Virus record (IMG/VR): IMGVR_UViG_2802429232_000001
Span: 1 to 31,025 of that record
From: a virus
Taxonomy: Duplodnaviria > Heunggongvirae > Uroviricota > Caudoviricetes
Strand: one strand, 5' to 3'
Length of the DNA: 31,025 bases
Part shown: positions 1 through 10,500 of the stretch, piece by piece
How the letters are laid out: each line of letters begins with the position of its first letter
Numbering within the stretch: position 1 is the first letter of the stretch
The notes under the pieces: model-generated
What the model was told of the DNA's origin: nothing
The model's input: the letters and a program-made list of their open reading frames with translations, nothing else
Database searches by the model: none
Program-made: the position numbers and the translations under genes

Positions 1-791
1 GCATTCGTTTCGCTGGTCTTCGCTGCCGTCTGGCTGGACTTTGCGTTAGTTTCGCTCGTCTTCGCGGCTTTCTGGCTGTTAGCCGCAGCAGTTGCTGATC
101 CAGCTGCTGAAGTCGCAGAACCAGCTGCAGCACTCTCGCTTTCGGCTGCTGCATCCTGGCTGTTTTTTGCTGCGGTAGCGGAGTTGGCGGCAGCACTCTG
201 ACTCGATTTTGCAGCTACCTCGCTATTTTTCGCATTAGTTTCGCTGGTCTTTGAAGCTGTCTCACTCGCTTTTGAGTTAGTTTCTGATTTTTTGGCCGCT
301 GTTGCGCTCGCTGCCGCCTCTTTAGCTTTTTGTGCAGCGGTGTTAATTATGGGAGTATTTTCTTTATACCATTCTAGGTTCTCATTGTGCTCATTAACGA
401 TCTGCGTAAGGGATTTTACGGTTAATTCCGTGCCATCTTCACGCTCAATTGTTATTTCATCCACAGCAGTCAGCCAACTACGCATCATTTTTGAATCGGC
501 TGACATGCGAGACATAAGCGCAGTAAAACGAGCACTAAATTGGGTCAAATCACCTTCATAGGTCGTAATTATTCTGCACGGAACATTTGTTTGGGTGCTG
601 CCACCGTAGGCTTCAACAAGAGTTAACGAAGTGTCACTCTCGATTGATTTTATTTCATATAACTTATTATCGGGGCCAATCAATATCATACCTGGAAGGA
701 CGCCGTTCGCCGTCACTCCCCAGGCTGTGCCTGTTCCCACTACAGTTTTATTTCCTTTAGTGAGATTTATTGTACCTTCCCTGTACCACAT
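1..791 (-). CDS. Side tail fibre protein, N-terminal ~263 codons (gene continues beyond window start)
   Basis: Not in ORF track because no stop falls in the window. Minus-strand frame is open from ATG at ~791 to position 1, with a GGAGCAAAGGA Shine-Dalgarno just upstream. Translation begins MWYREGTINLTKGNKTVVGTGTAWGV and runs into Ala/Ser/Thr-rich shaft repeats (SETNAKNSEVAAKSSQSAA, AAKTSETNAKSSQTAAKTSETN) typical of lambdoid Stf / T4 gp37-type fibres. Position immediately after J fits. Confidence 0.6.
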   Translation of the reverse strand, partial: MWYREGTINLTKGNKTVVGTGTAWGVTANGVLPGMILIGPDNKLYEIKSIESDTSLTLVEAYGGSTQTNVPCRIITTYEGDLTQFSARFTALMSRMSADSKMMRSWLTAVDEITIEREDGTELTVKSLTQIVNEHNENLEWYKENTPIINTAAQKAKEAAASATAAKKSETNSKASETASKTSETNAKNSEVAAKSSQSAAANSATAAKNSQDAAAESESAAAGSATSAAGSATAAANSQKAAKTSETNAKSSQTAAKTSETN

Positions 792-884
792 TTATCCTTT
801 GCTCCTAGATATGGTGGGCGTTCCATGCCCACCATTAAGTTAGTACCTACCTATTTTTACAGAAATGATTATTTTTTTCCACAA

Positions 885-3800
885 TCAAAGCTGACCAATC
901 CTAACTCGAAGGACATTATTGTCATCATAAACGTCAATCCTCTGACCATTTATAACCAATCTCCCATTGCCGCCACTATTGCTGTTGATCTCAAGCGTTC
1001 CATTTTTACCAAATCGCCATCCGGCTCGTCCGCTTACGAAGTTTGTTGATTGCAAGTCACCTACCTTTGCATTTGTGATAGTACCATCCTTAATATACGC
1101 ACCATTCATGTATGCAACGCTGTTTTCGATAACAAATGGTGTGGTGATCTTTCCGTTAACTGAGTTGACTAGACCAAATCGATCTGCTTGCACCAAAAAC
1201 TGGGAAAGCCCCGTGGTGTCAATTCCAAGCGCAATACCTGCGACATATTTTTGCCCACCACTTGTTGACGTTTCCATCTTCAACGTCCACGCGGTTGAAA
1301 CCTTTTTGTTAGTATCAGCAATAGCAGTTGCCTGCTCTTGAATTGTCGCTGTATTTCCATCAACTGATGCTTTTAAGGTGTCAATTCGTCCACTTAGAGC
1401 ATTGTCGGCGTTTGTGCGCACAGTCGCCTCAGACGTAATCGCGGCATTAATATCTTTGCTCGTTTGCGCCTGTAGATTAGTGATACTAGAAGCCAAAGCC
1501 GAATCAGCGTCAGTTCTGGCTTTCGTCTCTTCTGCTACAGCCGCCTTAATATCTTTACCCGTCTGGCTCTTCAATGTGGTTATCTGTTGTGCTAAAGATT
1601 CATCAGCAGTTGCTCGGGCAATTTTTTCTTCAGATATAGCTGCACTAATATCGCCTTCAATTTTGGCTTGTAACGATAGTATTTCTTTTGAAAGTGCTTC
1701 ATCGGCACTAGCTCGTGCCTCTTGTTCACTCACAATTGCGGCAGAAATATCATCGTTAATCTTTGATTCAAGTTTGGTGATTCTGCTTGCAATAGCATTA
1801 TCAGCATCTACACGAGCCGTTGTTTCTTCAGTGATTGAAGCTCTGATATCCTCATTTATTTCAGCGCGAATTTCTTCCATTTTCGTAGCCATTGCAGATA
1901 TATCGTCTGCAAAAGCCTTCTGAGTTGTGGTGATCTTCGCATTACTCACCATCTGCTTGTGCTGATCTTCATCCTGACGCAAAGCAAGATCGATGTTTGT
2001 TTTAGCCAATGCCTCAATGTTTGTCGTAACTTCGGCACTAGAACGTTCAACTTCAGCCACGGTTTTTTTCATTTCTTCAATGGTGGCTAAACTGCTATCT
2101 ACAGTTGACTTCATCGCCTCGATTTCTTTCGCGTTTGCCAAGTCACCCTCAACTCGTGCTTCACGCTCCTCCGCAATTAAAGCCGATGAATTGTCAAGTG
2201 CTGCATTTGCCGCCTCAACAGCTCCAGCTACAGCTTTACCCTGCTCTGATACAGTTTCCTGCAACTGAATTAAGGCAGCGTTAGAGTTTGCAACCTCCTT
2301 AAGTGCGTCTTCCACCTTGCTTACAGTACTGGAAACATCCGTTTTAAGATCGTTTTGAGCTTCTTCAAGCCGCCGATCTGTCTCTGTAAACTTGTCATCA
2401 AGGCTTTTCAGACTTTCATCCATCTGTTCATAGATGGAATCCACCGCCTCCTGAGATACTTTTGAGTCGATTTCCTCAAGTAAAGCCTGGCCAAGTTCAG
2501 AAGACGTAATTTTGCCTGTCAGGAACGACAGTACATCGCGAGTTGTCGCCTCTGTCCCCAAGTTTGAGTTCGGAGGACTTAACATACCTCGCTTGTTCGA
2601 TGCTCGAACCCAGTAATACCACGTTTCGCTATCCCCAAGACCAGCATGTGTAAAGGTGGTGCTTGCAGACTCTGCGATCAGTTTCGCTGTATCCAGATTG
2701 TTGGTCTGGGATGCGTAAACATTAATGTGATCAAGGTCTACCGAATCTGGATTAACCCAATTCAGTATCACATTACGATAGTCCCCAACGGCCGTTAATG
2801 ACGTTGGGGCATCCGGCGGTGTCATTGTGCCCAGCACCTGATAAACGGTACTGATAATCTCTGTTTTTTTACCGTTGAATGAAACCGCATACAGCTGGAA
2901 GTCGTAGCGTCCATTCTCCGCAACATTAACGATTTCGTATTGCTCTTCGGTTACACGCGCCGATTGCCAGTTCGATACATTGTTTTCATCAGAACGTCGC
3001 CAACTGATCCAATACTCTGGAGATTTCCCTTCCCATGTTGCAGTCAGTTTTACTGACAGGTTGCCAGGGCTTGAGAGATAAGTCCCTTCGGTGATTTGCA
3101 AATTAGACGGCTTGGAGTAAGTCGGGTCCAATACCGTCGTATTTTGCGGGATAAGCGTTGCACCATTGTCGATCGCCTCATATTTAGACGGATTGTTCTC
3201 AACAGCGGTGATGTCAAAGCTACCCGGCGTTTCCCCCTGCGCGATGTTAACGATGCGAACGCGCATAGGTTCGAGGTCTGGTTCTGTAATAGTCCAGACG
3301 CCGTTCAAAACAGGCGTCTCAGCCGAAGACAGGGCTTTTGAAAACGTAACTTTTGTTATATTTTCGCCAGTTTCAAGAACATCGCGTTCAACGATTTTGC
3401 CTTCCTGATTCAGTATTCGAATAAAGCAGCCGCCTTTGGCTAACGACACAGGCGCATCGAGTGTGACGCTGTTTTTGGTAAACGCCACAATTCGACCTGA
3501 GTTACGTTTGCCTGCGCGATATTTGTTCTGAATCAGAACGGTTTCACCAGGCATCAGAAATGACGCGTCTAAGCCGGCAGTAAATGTAATTACATCCGAC
3601 TCCATTCTGGCGGTATATAAAAGCCATAAACCAACTCGGTGAGCCTGCCCTCGGCTTGTACAGCCAAATGCTACGACTTCTGTCTTACGCTCACCATAAC
3701 GGCGCATTGCGTCCTGATCTTCAACGTACTCGATGTTTTGCTTATAACCGTCCTCCTTGTTGTTGTAGGTTACGAGCGCAACGGATGGGCGATCTTTACG

Positions 3801-5045
3801 CGCAGAACCTTTATAGGTAAACAATCCATCTTTGACGTTAGAGTTGGTAAACATCATTACCGGATCTGATGGGCTATCCTGCATGATGTTAACCATCCCA
3901 CCAGCCCAAAACACCATGCCGCGGAATGCTCCAGCAATATCCTGAATTAGCCGGTATGCGTCCTGTCGACTGGTGATCTGCGTATTGATTGCAAAGCGTT
4001 TCTCTTTGCCACCAAAGCCATCATCGACCTCTTCGTCACAATATCGACCAATCTGGTACAACTGGCCAAGGTCAATCATAGATTCCGACACATACTGACC
4101 AAGGCCATATCGAGCATTGGTCAGCAAATCAAAGAGAATCCACGCGGGGTTCGAAGAAGACAACAGCTTAAAAGTGCCATCCCATACCCCAGCGTAAGTG
4201 TTACTGGACTCGTTATAGTTTGAAGGTACTCGAATTTTTAGGCCACGCACCAGATAAGAGCGAGATGGCATGGTGCTGCCGAATTGCTCAGAGTTTACCT
4301 TCAATCCAACCAAAACAGAGTTTGGATAGTTCATCGGTGTATCGACAATTTCCCCGATTGAATCCACCCATGTATCGTTATAGAGATACTGGCTACTGTT
4401 ATCATCGGTAATACGGACTACACGAACCTTGTATGCGCGTCCAGGCTTAGGCAGCTTCAGCTCGTAGCTACGGTAATAAACGCCGGTCTTCTTTGCTGTT
4501 AGCTTAATGCCAACGCTTTTTTCACCTTCCGCGACCACATCTACAAATGTTGAGTCGCCATTTGCTATCTGGAACTTGTACTCAACAGTCGTACCGTTCG
4601 TGTCACCAGTTTTTTTATCTATGCTTCGCAAAGAAGGAAACTTCATGATGACACGAACCCGATCAGCTTCATCGTTATCGATTGAAACCGTTACATAATG
4701 TGTTTTTTTTAACTGGATATTGACGGATTTAGGCGTTTCAACGAAATCAAAGCCAGACATTGGAGTCTGGTCTTGTGAACCGTCGCGAAAATCCCATGTG
4801 ATTCCGCTGAAGTTGGAGGAACCGTCCTCATTTACAATCGGCAGATCGTCGATAAAAATAGATCTTGCGCCATTTACTAAGCCGCCAATTACCCCTTCCC
4901 CAAGAAGATCGAGGATAGCGGCCATTGCACGAGAATTTACGGTATCGTCGGCTTCAACCGGTGTACGGCTGGAGCTTTTGCTGCTTTTTTTACCACCCGC
5001 ACCGGCAATAAACAGCGGTAGCTTTTTCTTCTTGAACTGTTCCAT
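885..5045 (-). CDS. J: Central tail fibre / host specificity protein (lambda J-like) with FN3 domain and coiled-coil repeat insertion
   Basis: ORF track 885..5051 (1388 aa); start moved to ATG at 5045 (MEQF), the listed start being TTG. Conserved J blocks recalled from lambda: NYPNSVLVGLKVNSEQFGS, VPSNYN, GVWDGTFK, FGCTSRGQAHRVGLWLL, and C-terminal YVAGIALGIDTTGLSQFLVQADRFGLVN. Follows I/K/L/M as in lambda. Confidence 0.85.
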   Translation of the reverse strand: MEQFKKKKLPLFIAGAGGKKSSKSSSRTPVEADDTVNSRAMAAILDLLGEGVIGGLVNGARSIFIDDLPIVNEDGSSNFSGITWDFRDGSQDQTPMSGFDFVETPKSVNIQLKKTHYVTVSIDNDEADRVRVIMKFPSLRSIDKKTGDTNGTTVEYKFQIANGDSTFVDVVAEGEKSVGIKLTAKKTGVYYRSYELKLPKPGRAYKVRVVRITDDNSSQYLYNDTWVDSIGEIVDTPMNYPNSVLVGLKVNSEQFGSTMPSRSYLVRGLKIRVPSNYNESSNTYAGVWDGTFKLLSSSNPAWILFDLLTNARYGLGQYVSESMIDLGQLYQIGRYCDEEVDDGFGGKEKRFAINTQITSRQDAYRLIQDIAGAFRGMVFWAGGMVNIMQDSPSDPVMMFTNSNVKDGLFTYKGSARKDRPSVALVTYNNKEDGYKQNIEYVEDQDAMRRYGERKTEVVAFGCTSRGQAHRVGLWLLYTARMESDVITFTAGLDASFLMPGETVLIQNKYRAGKRNSGRIVAFTKNSVTLDAPVSLAKGGCFIRILNQEGKIVERDVLETGENITKVTFSKALSSAETPVLNGVWTITEPDLEPMRVRIVNIAQGETPGSFDITAVENNPSKYEAIDNGATLIPQNTTVLDPTYSKPSNLQITEGTYLSSPGNLSVKLTATWEGKSPEYWISWRRSDENNVSNWQSARVTEEQYEIVNVAENGRYDFQLYAVSFNGKKTEIISTVYQVLGTMTPPDAPTSLTAVGDYRNVILNWVNPDSVDLDHINVYASQTNNLDTAKLIAESASTTFTHAGLGDSETWYYWVRASNKRGMLSPPNSNLGTEATTRDVLSFLTGKITSSELGQALLEEIDSKVSQEAVDSIYEQMDESLKSLDDKFTETDRRLEEAQNDLKTDVSSTVSKVEDALKEVANSNAALIQLQETVSEQGKAVAGAVEAANAALDNSSALIAEEREARVEGDLANAKEIEAMKSTVDSSLATIEEMKKTVAEVERSSAEVTTNIEALAKTNIDLALRQDEDQHKQMVSNAKITTTQKAFADDISAMATKMEEIRAEINEDIRASITEETTARVDADNAIASRITKLESKINDDISAAIVSEQEARASADEALSKEILSLQAKIEGDISAAISEEKIARATADESLAQQITTLKSQTGKDIKAAVAEETKARTDADSALASSITNLQAQTSKDINAAITSEATVRTNADNALSGRIDTLKASVDGNTATIQEQATAIADTNKKVSTAWTLKMETSTSGGQKYVAGIALGIDTTGLSQFLVQADRFGLVNSVNGKITTPFVIENSVAYMNGAYIKDGTITNAKVGDLQSTNFVSGRAGWRFGKNGTLEINSNSGGNGRLVINGQRIDVYDDNNVLRVRIGQL
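1359..1853 (-). repeat. Five tandem, diverged 99-bp (33-aa) coding repeats inside J, within a longer coiled-coil segment (~1359-2500)
   Basis: Protein-level periodicity: EDIRASITEETTARVDADNAIASRITKLESKIN / DDISAAIVSEQEARASADEALSKEILSLQAKIE / GDISAAISEEKIARATADESLAQQITTLKSQTG / KDIKAAVAEETKARTDADSALASSITNLQAQTS / KDINAAITSEATVRTNADNALSGRIDTLKASVD. Coordinates derived from residue counts. Confidence 0.7.
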
Positions 5046-5062
5046 GTTCAAAAAATCCTTGT

Positions 5063-5656
5063 TTACATTAGCTGGTCAATCGTGATTGAAGAACTCACAA
5101 CCTGTGAGCCAACCAGAATTTCCTCGCCATAGATAAGTTGTACTGGGTTGCCCTGGTTTTCTGTATTTTGAGGGCCGTCGAAATAATAAGAGTTCGAGTT
5201 ATCTGCCTGTCTCACACTTTCGTTAGTGGCTTGCGGCGATATGATTTGTGATATGCCGCCCATCATCAGTGACAAACCGAGAGGTGCTAAAGCAGGCATC
5301 ACTACCGCCGATACAACCAACAAAGCGGCCCCTACTACCGTCTGAAACCACCCAAAAGCAGATCCACCGCTTCCTCGCGGAACAGGTGTAATGCGGATTT
5401 TGGCAATGTTGTCAGACTGCCCCATCATCTGATATTCACTTTCGTCAACAGACCACTTGTGGCCCTGTTTATTGGTGATCTGGATGTGGTAACTGTCATA
5501 GGTTTTGATATTGCGCTTCATCCATGCTTTAAACCCAGGCTTGTTGGCTTCAATTAAATCCAGAGCCTGTTTTGTATTGCGCACCTTTAGATGCCAGTGG
5601 CGACCAAAATGTTTAGCCATAGGTCCGCCAAGCTGCACATGAACTAACTCAGACAC
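5063..5656 (-). CDS. I: Tail assembly protein (lambda I-like)
   Basis: ORF track (197 aa). Sits between K and J and overlaps K's end as in lambda. Gly/Ala-rich hydrophobic central segment and C-terminal LIYGEEILVGSQVVS resemble lambda I (VLYGEMRVGSRVVS). Confidence 0.7.
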   Translation of the reverse strand: MSELVHVQLGGPMAKHFGRHWHLKVRNTKQALDLIEANKPGFKAWMKRNIKTYDSYHIQITNKQGHKWSVDESEYQMMGQSDNIAKIRITPVPRGSGGSAFGWFQTVVGAALLVVSAVVMPALAPLGLSLMMGGISQIISPQATNESVRQADNSNSYYFDGPQNTENQGNPVQLIYGEEILVGSQVVSSSITIDQLM

Positions 5657-6441
5657 GTCTCATCTCCCTTGAGCAAGTCTCTGTGACGCAAGTGATGCGT
5701 CGTATGTTTCTGATACATTCCGCCGTAATAAGCACGACAACTAAGACGGTCGATCTGGTGATGAAGAATCATTCCATCGCCGATATAAACCGCGCAGTGA
5801 TCTGGCATTTTCCCGTATTGAATAAAGAAGACGTCCCCACGTTGAGGCTCTGTTCCAGGCGCAAGCCGTACCAACCCTTCGTTTCGGTAGTTCTGGTCGA
5901 GAATGTCGTTATCGCCGGTGTACCACGATGGAATATGCAGGTGTGCGTTCGGGTTAAGCTCGACGTTAAACTCACGCTTCAAATAGTCCCGACACAACAT
6001 CCAGCAATCGAATACGCCAAATACATACGGTCTACCCAGGTATGGCATTTCGAAACCATCAGGTGTGATCACATTCATCTCGCTAAAATGGAAAGGGGCA
6101 TCTCCCTCAACATTCTTGCGAATAGCCAGAATCATCCACGGAACTTCCGTCGCTTCACAGCCTGCACGATCGGCATCAGATGCTTCTGCTGATTCATCAG
6201 TATGTGAATGCCAGATTGCGATTACGTCACCTGCATCCTCTGCCGCTATAATGTCGTCAACGTGCATTACAAAAGTGTTCTGCGGGTTCTCCGAAACATT
6301 TCGCGCTTCCATAAAGCGATATTTGTCGCCATTAGTTCTCACCAGAAAGCCACACGCTTCATTAGGGTAGCGATTTATGGCGCAGAGATAGATTTGCTGC
6401 ATAACATCAGAGCCAAGCTCAGGGATTGCTTTATTACCCAT
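5644..6441 (-). CDS. K: Tail tip assembly protein (lambda K-like) with MPN/JAMM and NlpC/P60 domains
   Basis: ORF track 5644..6468; start moved to second Met (MGNKAIPELG) at 6441, preceded by GGAG. Exact JAMM motif HxHx7Sx2D in IWHSHTDESAEASDAD; Cys (FDCWMLCRDY) and downstream His consistent with NlpC/P60. Confidence 0.8.
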   Translation of the reverse strand: MGNKAIPELGSDVMQQIYLCAINRYPNEACGFLVRTNGDKYRFMEARNVSENPQNTFVMHVDDIIAAEDAGDVIAIWHSHTDESAEASDADRAGCEATEVPWMILAIRKNVEGDAPFHFSEMNVITPDGFEMPYLGRPYVFGVFDCWMLCRDYLKREFNVELNPNAHLHIPSWYTGDNDILDQNYRNEGLVRLAPGTEPQRGDVFFIQYGKMPDHCAVYIGDGMILHHQIDRLSCRAYYGGMYQKHTTHHLRHRDLLKGDETCLS

Positions 6442-7132
6442 ATCGCGTAGCTCCAATAAACCCGCCAAAATGGATCACTCCGTTGGCAAAATAATTCCGA
6501 CGCGCATTACAGGCGTCATAACGTTTTGTGCAGTAATCAGCACCAGACATAGACGTCTGCTGGTTATTTTTGTCGAAATATGGACCGGTATAGCCGCATT
6601 CTGGCCCTCGGTATTTCCACGGGCAGGTGTTTTTAATGATCTGACGATACGGCAGTTGCACCCCCATCAAATCGAACACACTGGACAACTCAAACTCGAC
6701 AACCTGATGAGTTTCGAGCGTTTTCTGTTCGATAAACCACATTTCATCCGGGAAATGTTGGTTTGGATCTGCTGTTGGATTACCGTCTTTAAAATTAACG
6801 GCATCGAGGAAGCGAGCCAGCGTCATCTTGCGAATAATGCGGCAGCCAACAAGATCGTCGTTTGCCTGAACTTCCGCAGAGACGGTTCCGGCAAAGTTCG
6901 ATACCTGAATTTTTGGACGTGGCAACGTTCCCTGGCCCGTTTTGTCAAAGCCTGATGCTTTGATTGGCCACGGCTCGTATGTCACTCCTTGCCAGACGAC
7001 TGGTTGCATCAGTTCGTTTGTTCCGGCGTGGAAGAATAGCTTCCCCCCTGAAGTTGTGTTCGACATATCCAGTACGAACAACTCAATGAGTGCAGAGGGA
7101 GATAAGCTCTGAATATCAGCTTTAATTCCCAT
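6434..7132 (-). CDS. L: Tail tip protein (lambda L-like) with C-terminal Cys cluster
   Basis: ORF track 6434..7165; start moved to Met12 (MGIKADIQS) at 7132, preceded by AAGGATGAAACA. Blocks VWQGVTYEPWPIKASGF, ARFLDAVNF and the four-Cys C-terminus (CPW..ECGY..C..C) match lambda L as recalled. Confidence 0.85.
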   Translation of the reverse strand: MGIKADIQSLSPSALIELFVLDMSNTTSGGKLFFHAGTNELMQPVVWQGVTYEPWPIKASGFDKTGQGTLPRPKIQVSNFAGTVSAEVQANDDLVGCRIIRKMTLARFLDAVNFKDGNPTADPNQHFPDEMWFIEQKTLETHQVVEFELSSVFDLMGVQLPYRQIIKNTCPWKYRGPECGYTGPYFDKNNQQTSMSGADYCTKRYDACNARRNYFANGVIHFGGFIGATRYG

Positions 7133-7214
7133 TGTTTCATCCTTGAAATAAGTAGGCGCTAACATCCTGTCAGCGCCACAATGATAGTAAATCAGTACTT
7201 ACTTATCCAGATGC

Positions 7215-7550
7215 TTAAGCCTCAAATACTTGTCTGAATGTAGCAGTTAAGACACAGTACCCCTGATATCGCTTGACCGTATGACTGTCACATACAACTA
7301 CAATCTGCTTGCCTCTTGGATTAACCCAATAGAACGATTCAACGCCTGATCGCTCAGTCAGGAAGTCATCGATTGCATTAATTTCGTTGTATGATCTGGT
7401 AAAGGTTAACGACCATTCTTCTTTAATACGATTAAGACCTTGAGCCTGTCGCTGCTCGTAGTCATCACCAAAATTAAGTACCGTTACATTCGGTTTTACG
7501 CTTTTTTCAGATTCGTAATCTGGATACCAATTAAACGTTTGTCTTTCCAT
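7215..7550 (-). CDS. M: Minor tail protein (lambda M-like)
   Basis: ORF track (111 aa). Immediately downstream of tape measure; FGDDYEQRQAQGLN resembles lambda M FGDGYSQRAPAGLN. Confidence 0.8.
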   Translation of the reverse strand: MERQTFNWYPDYESEKSVKPNVTVLNFGDDYEQRQAQGLNRIKEEWSLTFTRSYNEINAIDDFLTERSGVESFYWVNPRGKQIVVVCDSHTVKRYQGYCVLTATFRQVFEA

Positions 7551-7565
7551 CTCACATCCTTGTGA

Positions 7566-7587
7566 GACTGCCCCCGTCGGGGCAGTC
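7566..7587 (-). other. GC-rich hairpin in the tape measure-M spacer
   Basis: GACTGCCCC-cgtc-GGGGCAGTC; no U-run follows, and the M RBS (AAGGA) lies just downstream. Confidence 0.4.
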
Positions 7588-7592
7588 GATAG

Positions 7593-10500
7593 TTAGTTAC
7601 GTTGAGTGTTTGGGTTGAGTGATCCGCCAGGGCGTTTTTCTTGAGCGATAGTCTCAAGTACGACGGCTTTCACCCGCTGAGCTGCATTATTCCATATGCT
7701 TTCTGTATCGCCGGATTCAGTTGTGCTACCGTCACTATGGACGTTGATCTCAATTGATACAGGAGAAAGAACATTTCCGCCTCCACTCATACCATCGGTA
7801 CTGAGCGTTACAGGGATTGTTCGGCCATCAGGCAATGGAACATACGCCTCATTCATAGAACCTTCCCCAAACAACGCTAATTGAGGTGAGTTAGCAATAC
7901 CGCCTTTCTGGTATGCCCGGAGCGGGATCACGCCGTCTTTTCCGAATATTCCTCCATTTGCAAACTTCGGGATTGCAGGAATGCCTTTAGTTCCGTCAGC
8001 CACACTGCTAGTTGCGGTTTTAGCAGAGCTTGATGTCACACTGTCGAAACCACCACCTGCCCATACTGAAACCAACCCAGATGCAACTGTCGCGCCGAAA
8101 TTCAACCACTTATTACCAGAGCCGGAAGCATTAGCTCCAAGCATTGCAAACGCGGCAGACAGAGCACCGGTAACAGAGCTGAGGTTCTGCATCGAGAAGA
8201 TGGAATCCTTCACTGCTTTTGTCTCAGCATCTTTGGCTTCGGTGCTATCAAATAGTCCTGATACCCAGCTACCAATCGCATTTGTTGCTGTGCCAATTGC
8301 GCTGGTGGTCTGCTGTGTCGTTTGCCCCAATCCAGTTACCGAACTGGACGTCTCCTTCGTGGCTTCTCCTACCGACTTGTCGCCGTTAACAGTGTTGCCC
8401 ATTCGTACCTCTTGATTGGCAACGGCGGAAGCAACCCCGGTCAGCAAATTACCACTCTGTGAACTACCAGCTGCGGTGGTTCCCATCCCCAACATGTTCA
8501 TTAGAGGCAGCGTGATCTGCGACTTCACGACCATATTGGTGATATCTTTCAAAATGGACTGAGATAGGCTGGAGAAGCTCATCTTCCCGTTAATAACGAA
8601 ATCAGTCAGGACATCAGTTAAGCCACTAAACAAATCAGTCCAGGTGCTTTCGATCTGCTCTGCCAGGTTTTCGTATTCCAGTGCTAACTTCTGCGTCGCA
8701 GTCCCTGTCTCTTTAATGAGCGCGGTATTGCCAGCAGCAATAAGTTGATTGATTTTCTTTGTATAAAGCGCCACGACTTTAGGATCAGACGCCTTATCAC
8801 GAAGTTCTATCAACGCTTTGAGATTGCGGTTGTAGGTGTCTTCGAAATCAGCAACTTTCTCTTCGCGAGACGGCGTATAGCCAGCACTAATAATGGAATC
8901 CGCCTCCGGTGCCCAAGTGGAGATCATCTGCTCAACATTGCGGCGATTAAACATCTCGCGATATTCAGGTGTCGCATTTTTGAGGTCTTCAAGACGTTTT
9001 TTCGCCTTGTCGATCATCTCTTGAGTGATGAACTCGTTAGGAACCGCATTAGCCAAATCTGTCAGCGATTTCGTTGTATCGCGAAGAGACTGATCAAACG
9101 ATACCGTAGCCTTAGAGCTTTCACCCATTTGCCCCATAAGCTGATCGGCTTTGTCCAGAGCCTTCTGGTATCCGGCTGCCAGTTTCTGTTGCGCTGCCTG
9201 TTCTTTCTTTGCTGCTCTCTCGGCTGCTTTTGCGGTACGGTTTGCTGCCTTATCCGCTGCTTCAGCATCAAGTTCACGAGCTTTTGTCAGAGTCTTAATT
9301 ACTGCGATGCGGTCATTTTCTGACAACTGCTCTAATTTCACATCACCGTAAATTTTCTTCTGTCTTAATTGCTCCTTGAGTTGTCGAGGCCCAACAACAG
9401 GTTGACCTTGTAAGTCGTATAATGCGGAACCATCTAGATTGACTCTTTGATACCTTTTAGAGTCCATCTGCTGTTTCCAAAAACCAGTCATAGTTTTGGA
9501 ATTAGCATCAACTGGTGTGCTTGAAAACTCACCAATTTTACCGCCATTAATTGACTTAAGACCGCTACCAGCTTTCACACTAAGGCTGGTCGTAACATTT
9601 TCGATCTGCTCTTCTATCGATTTCTTGTTAGCTATCTGAGCATCAATCCGAGCCTGAATTTCTTTGAGCTGTTCAGTATTATTTGCCGTTGTAGCCTTTT
9701 TAAAATCCTCATTTAAGTTAACAAGATCATTAAGAATACCCTTCTGAATATCCTGATAACCTTTGAGTTTTTGAAGATCCGCCTCAGAATATAAACGCTC
9801 GATTTTTGCGTTATTCGCGCCTCTTAATTGACTCTTCTCGTGATCAGATAGGTCAGTTCTGCCGGCAATCTCCTCATTCTTCTTGTTAAGCTGCTCCAAC
9901 TCCTTAGCATTTGCAACCAAAGAGACGTTTGCCTTCTGGTTTACTTCGGCAATTGCATCGTCTAAACCTTTGGTGACGCTTTTATAGACGCTCTTCTCAA
10001 TGCCTTCGCCAAGTGTTTTAGCTATGTCATCGCGTTCTTTCTTTAGGTTTTCAAGTTGTTGTTTGGTGCTGTTAACGTCAACATCTGTTTCATAAACCAG
10101 CCCATCTCTTGAAACCTGTGATCGTTTACCTGTTGTTACCTCCTTCTCTAGCTTGCTGATCTGACGATCTTTCTCTCGCTTTGCAGACTCCAGCATCGCG
10201 CGATCTGCCGCCGTCATTGCTTCAGGTATCTCTCTGACTTTATTTACGACATCCTCAATTTTTCCTCTGAGTACCTGCATGTAAAAAATCAGCGATGACA
10301 CTGCTGTTACTGCTGCGGTAAAAGCAAAACCTATCGGATTTGCGGCCATGAACGCAACCAATCCACTGAACGCATTACGAATAGCGAAGATTAAAGATGG
10401 TATAGGTGATAGCCCCATGCTCGCTGCCCGATTAAATCGTTTAACGGCTGTGGAAGCGAGATTAAATGTCCCTTGTATAGTGGTAGACATATTCGCAAAA

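Noticed and set aside
292-1049. Three short plus-strand ORFs (89, 70 and 74 aa) at the left end
   Set aside because: They overlap the minus-strand tail fibre N-terminus and the J C-terminus; the minus-strand frames have far better coding character.
1359-1853. Tandem ~99-bp repeats considered as a CRISPR-like or non-coding array
   Set aside because: Repeats are diverged at DNA level, in frame, keep a 33-aa protein periodicity inside a long ORF, and have no unique spacers.
1378-1923. 181-aa plus-strand ORF with low-complexity Ala/Ser/Ile translation
   Set aside because: It is the antisense mirror of the J coiled-coil repeat region; its periodic composition is inherited from the sense strand and it has no RBS.
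5683-6450. Plus-strand ORFs of 80-169 aa overlapping K and I
   Set aside because: Antisense to the K/I genes, which have recognisable motifs; likely spurious.
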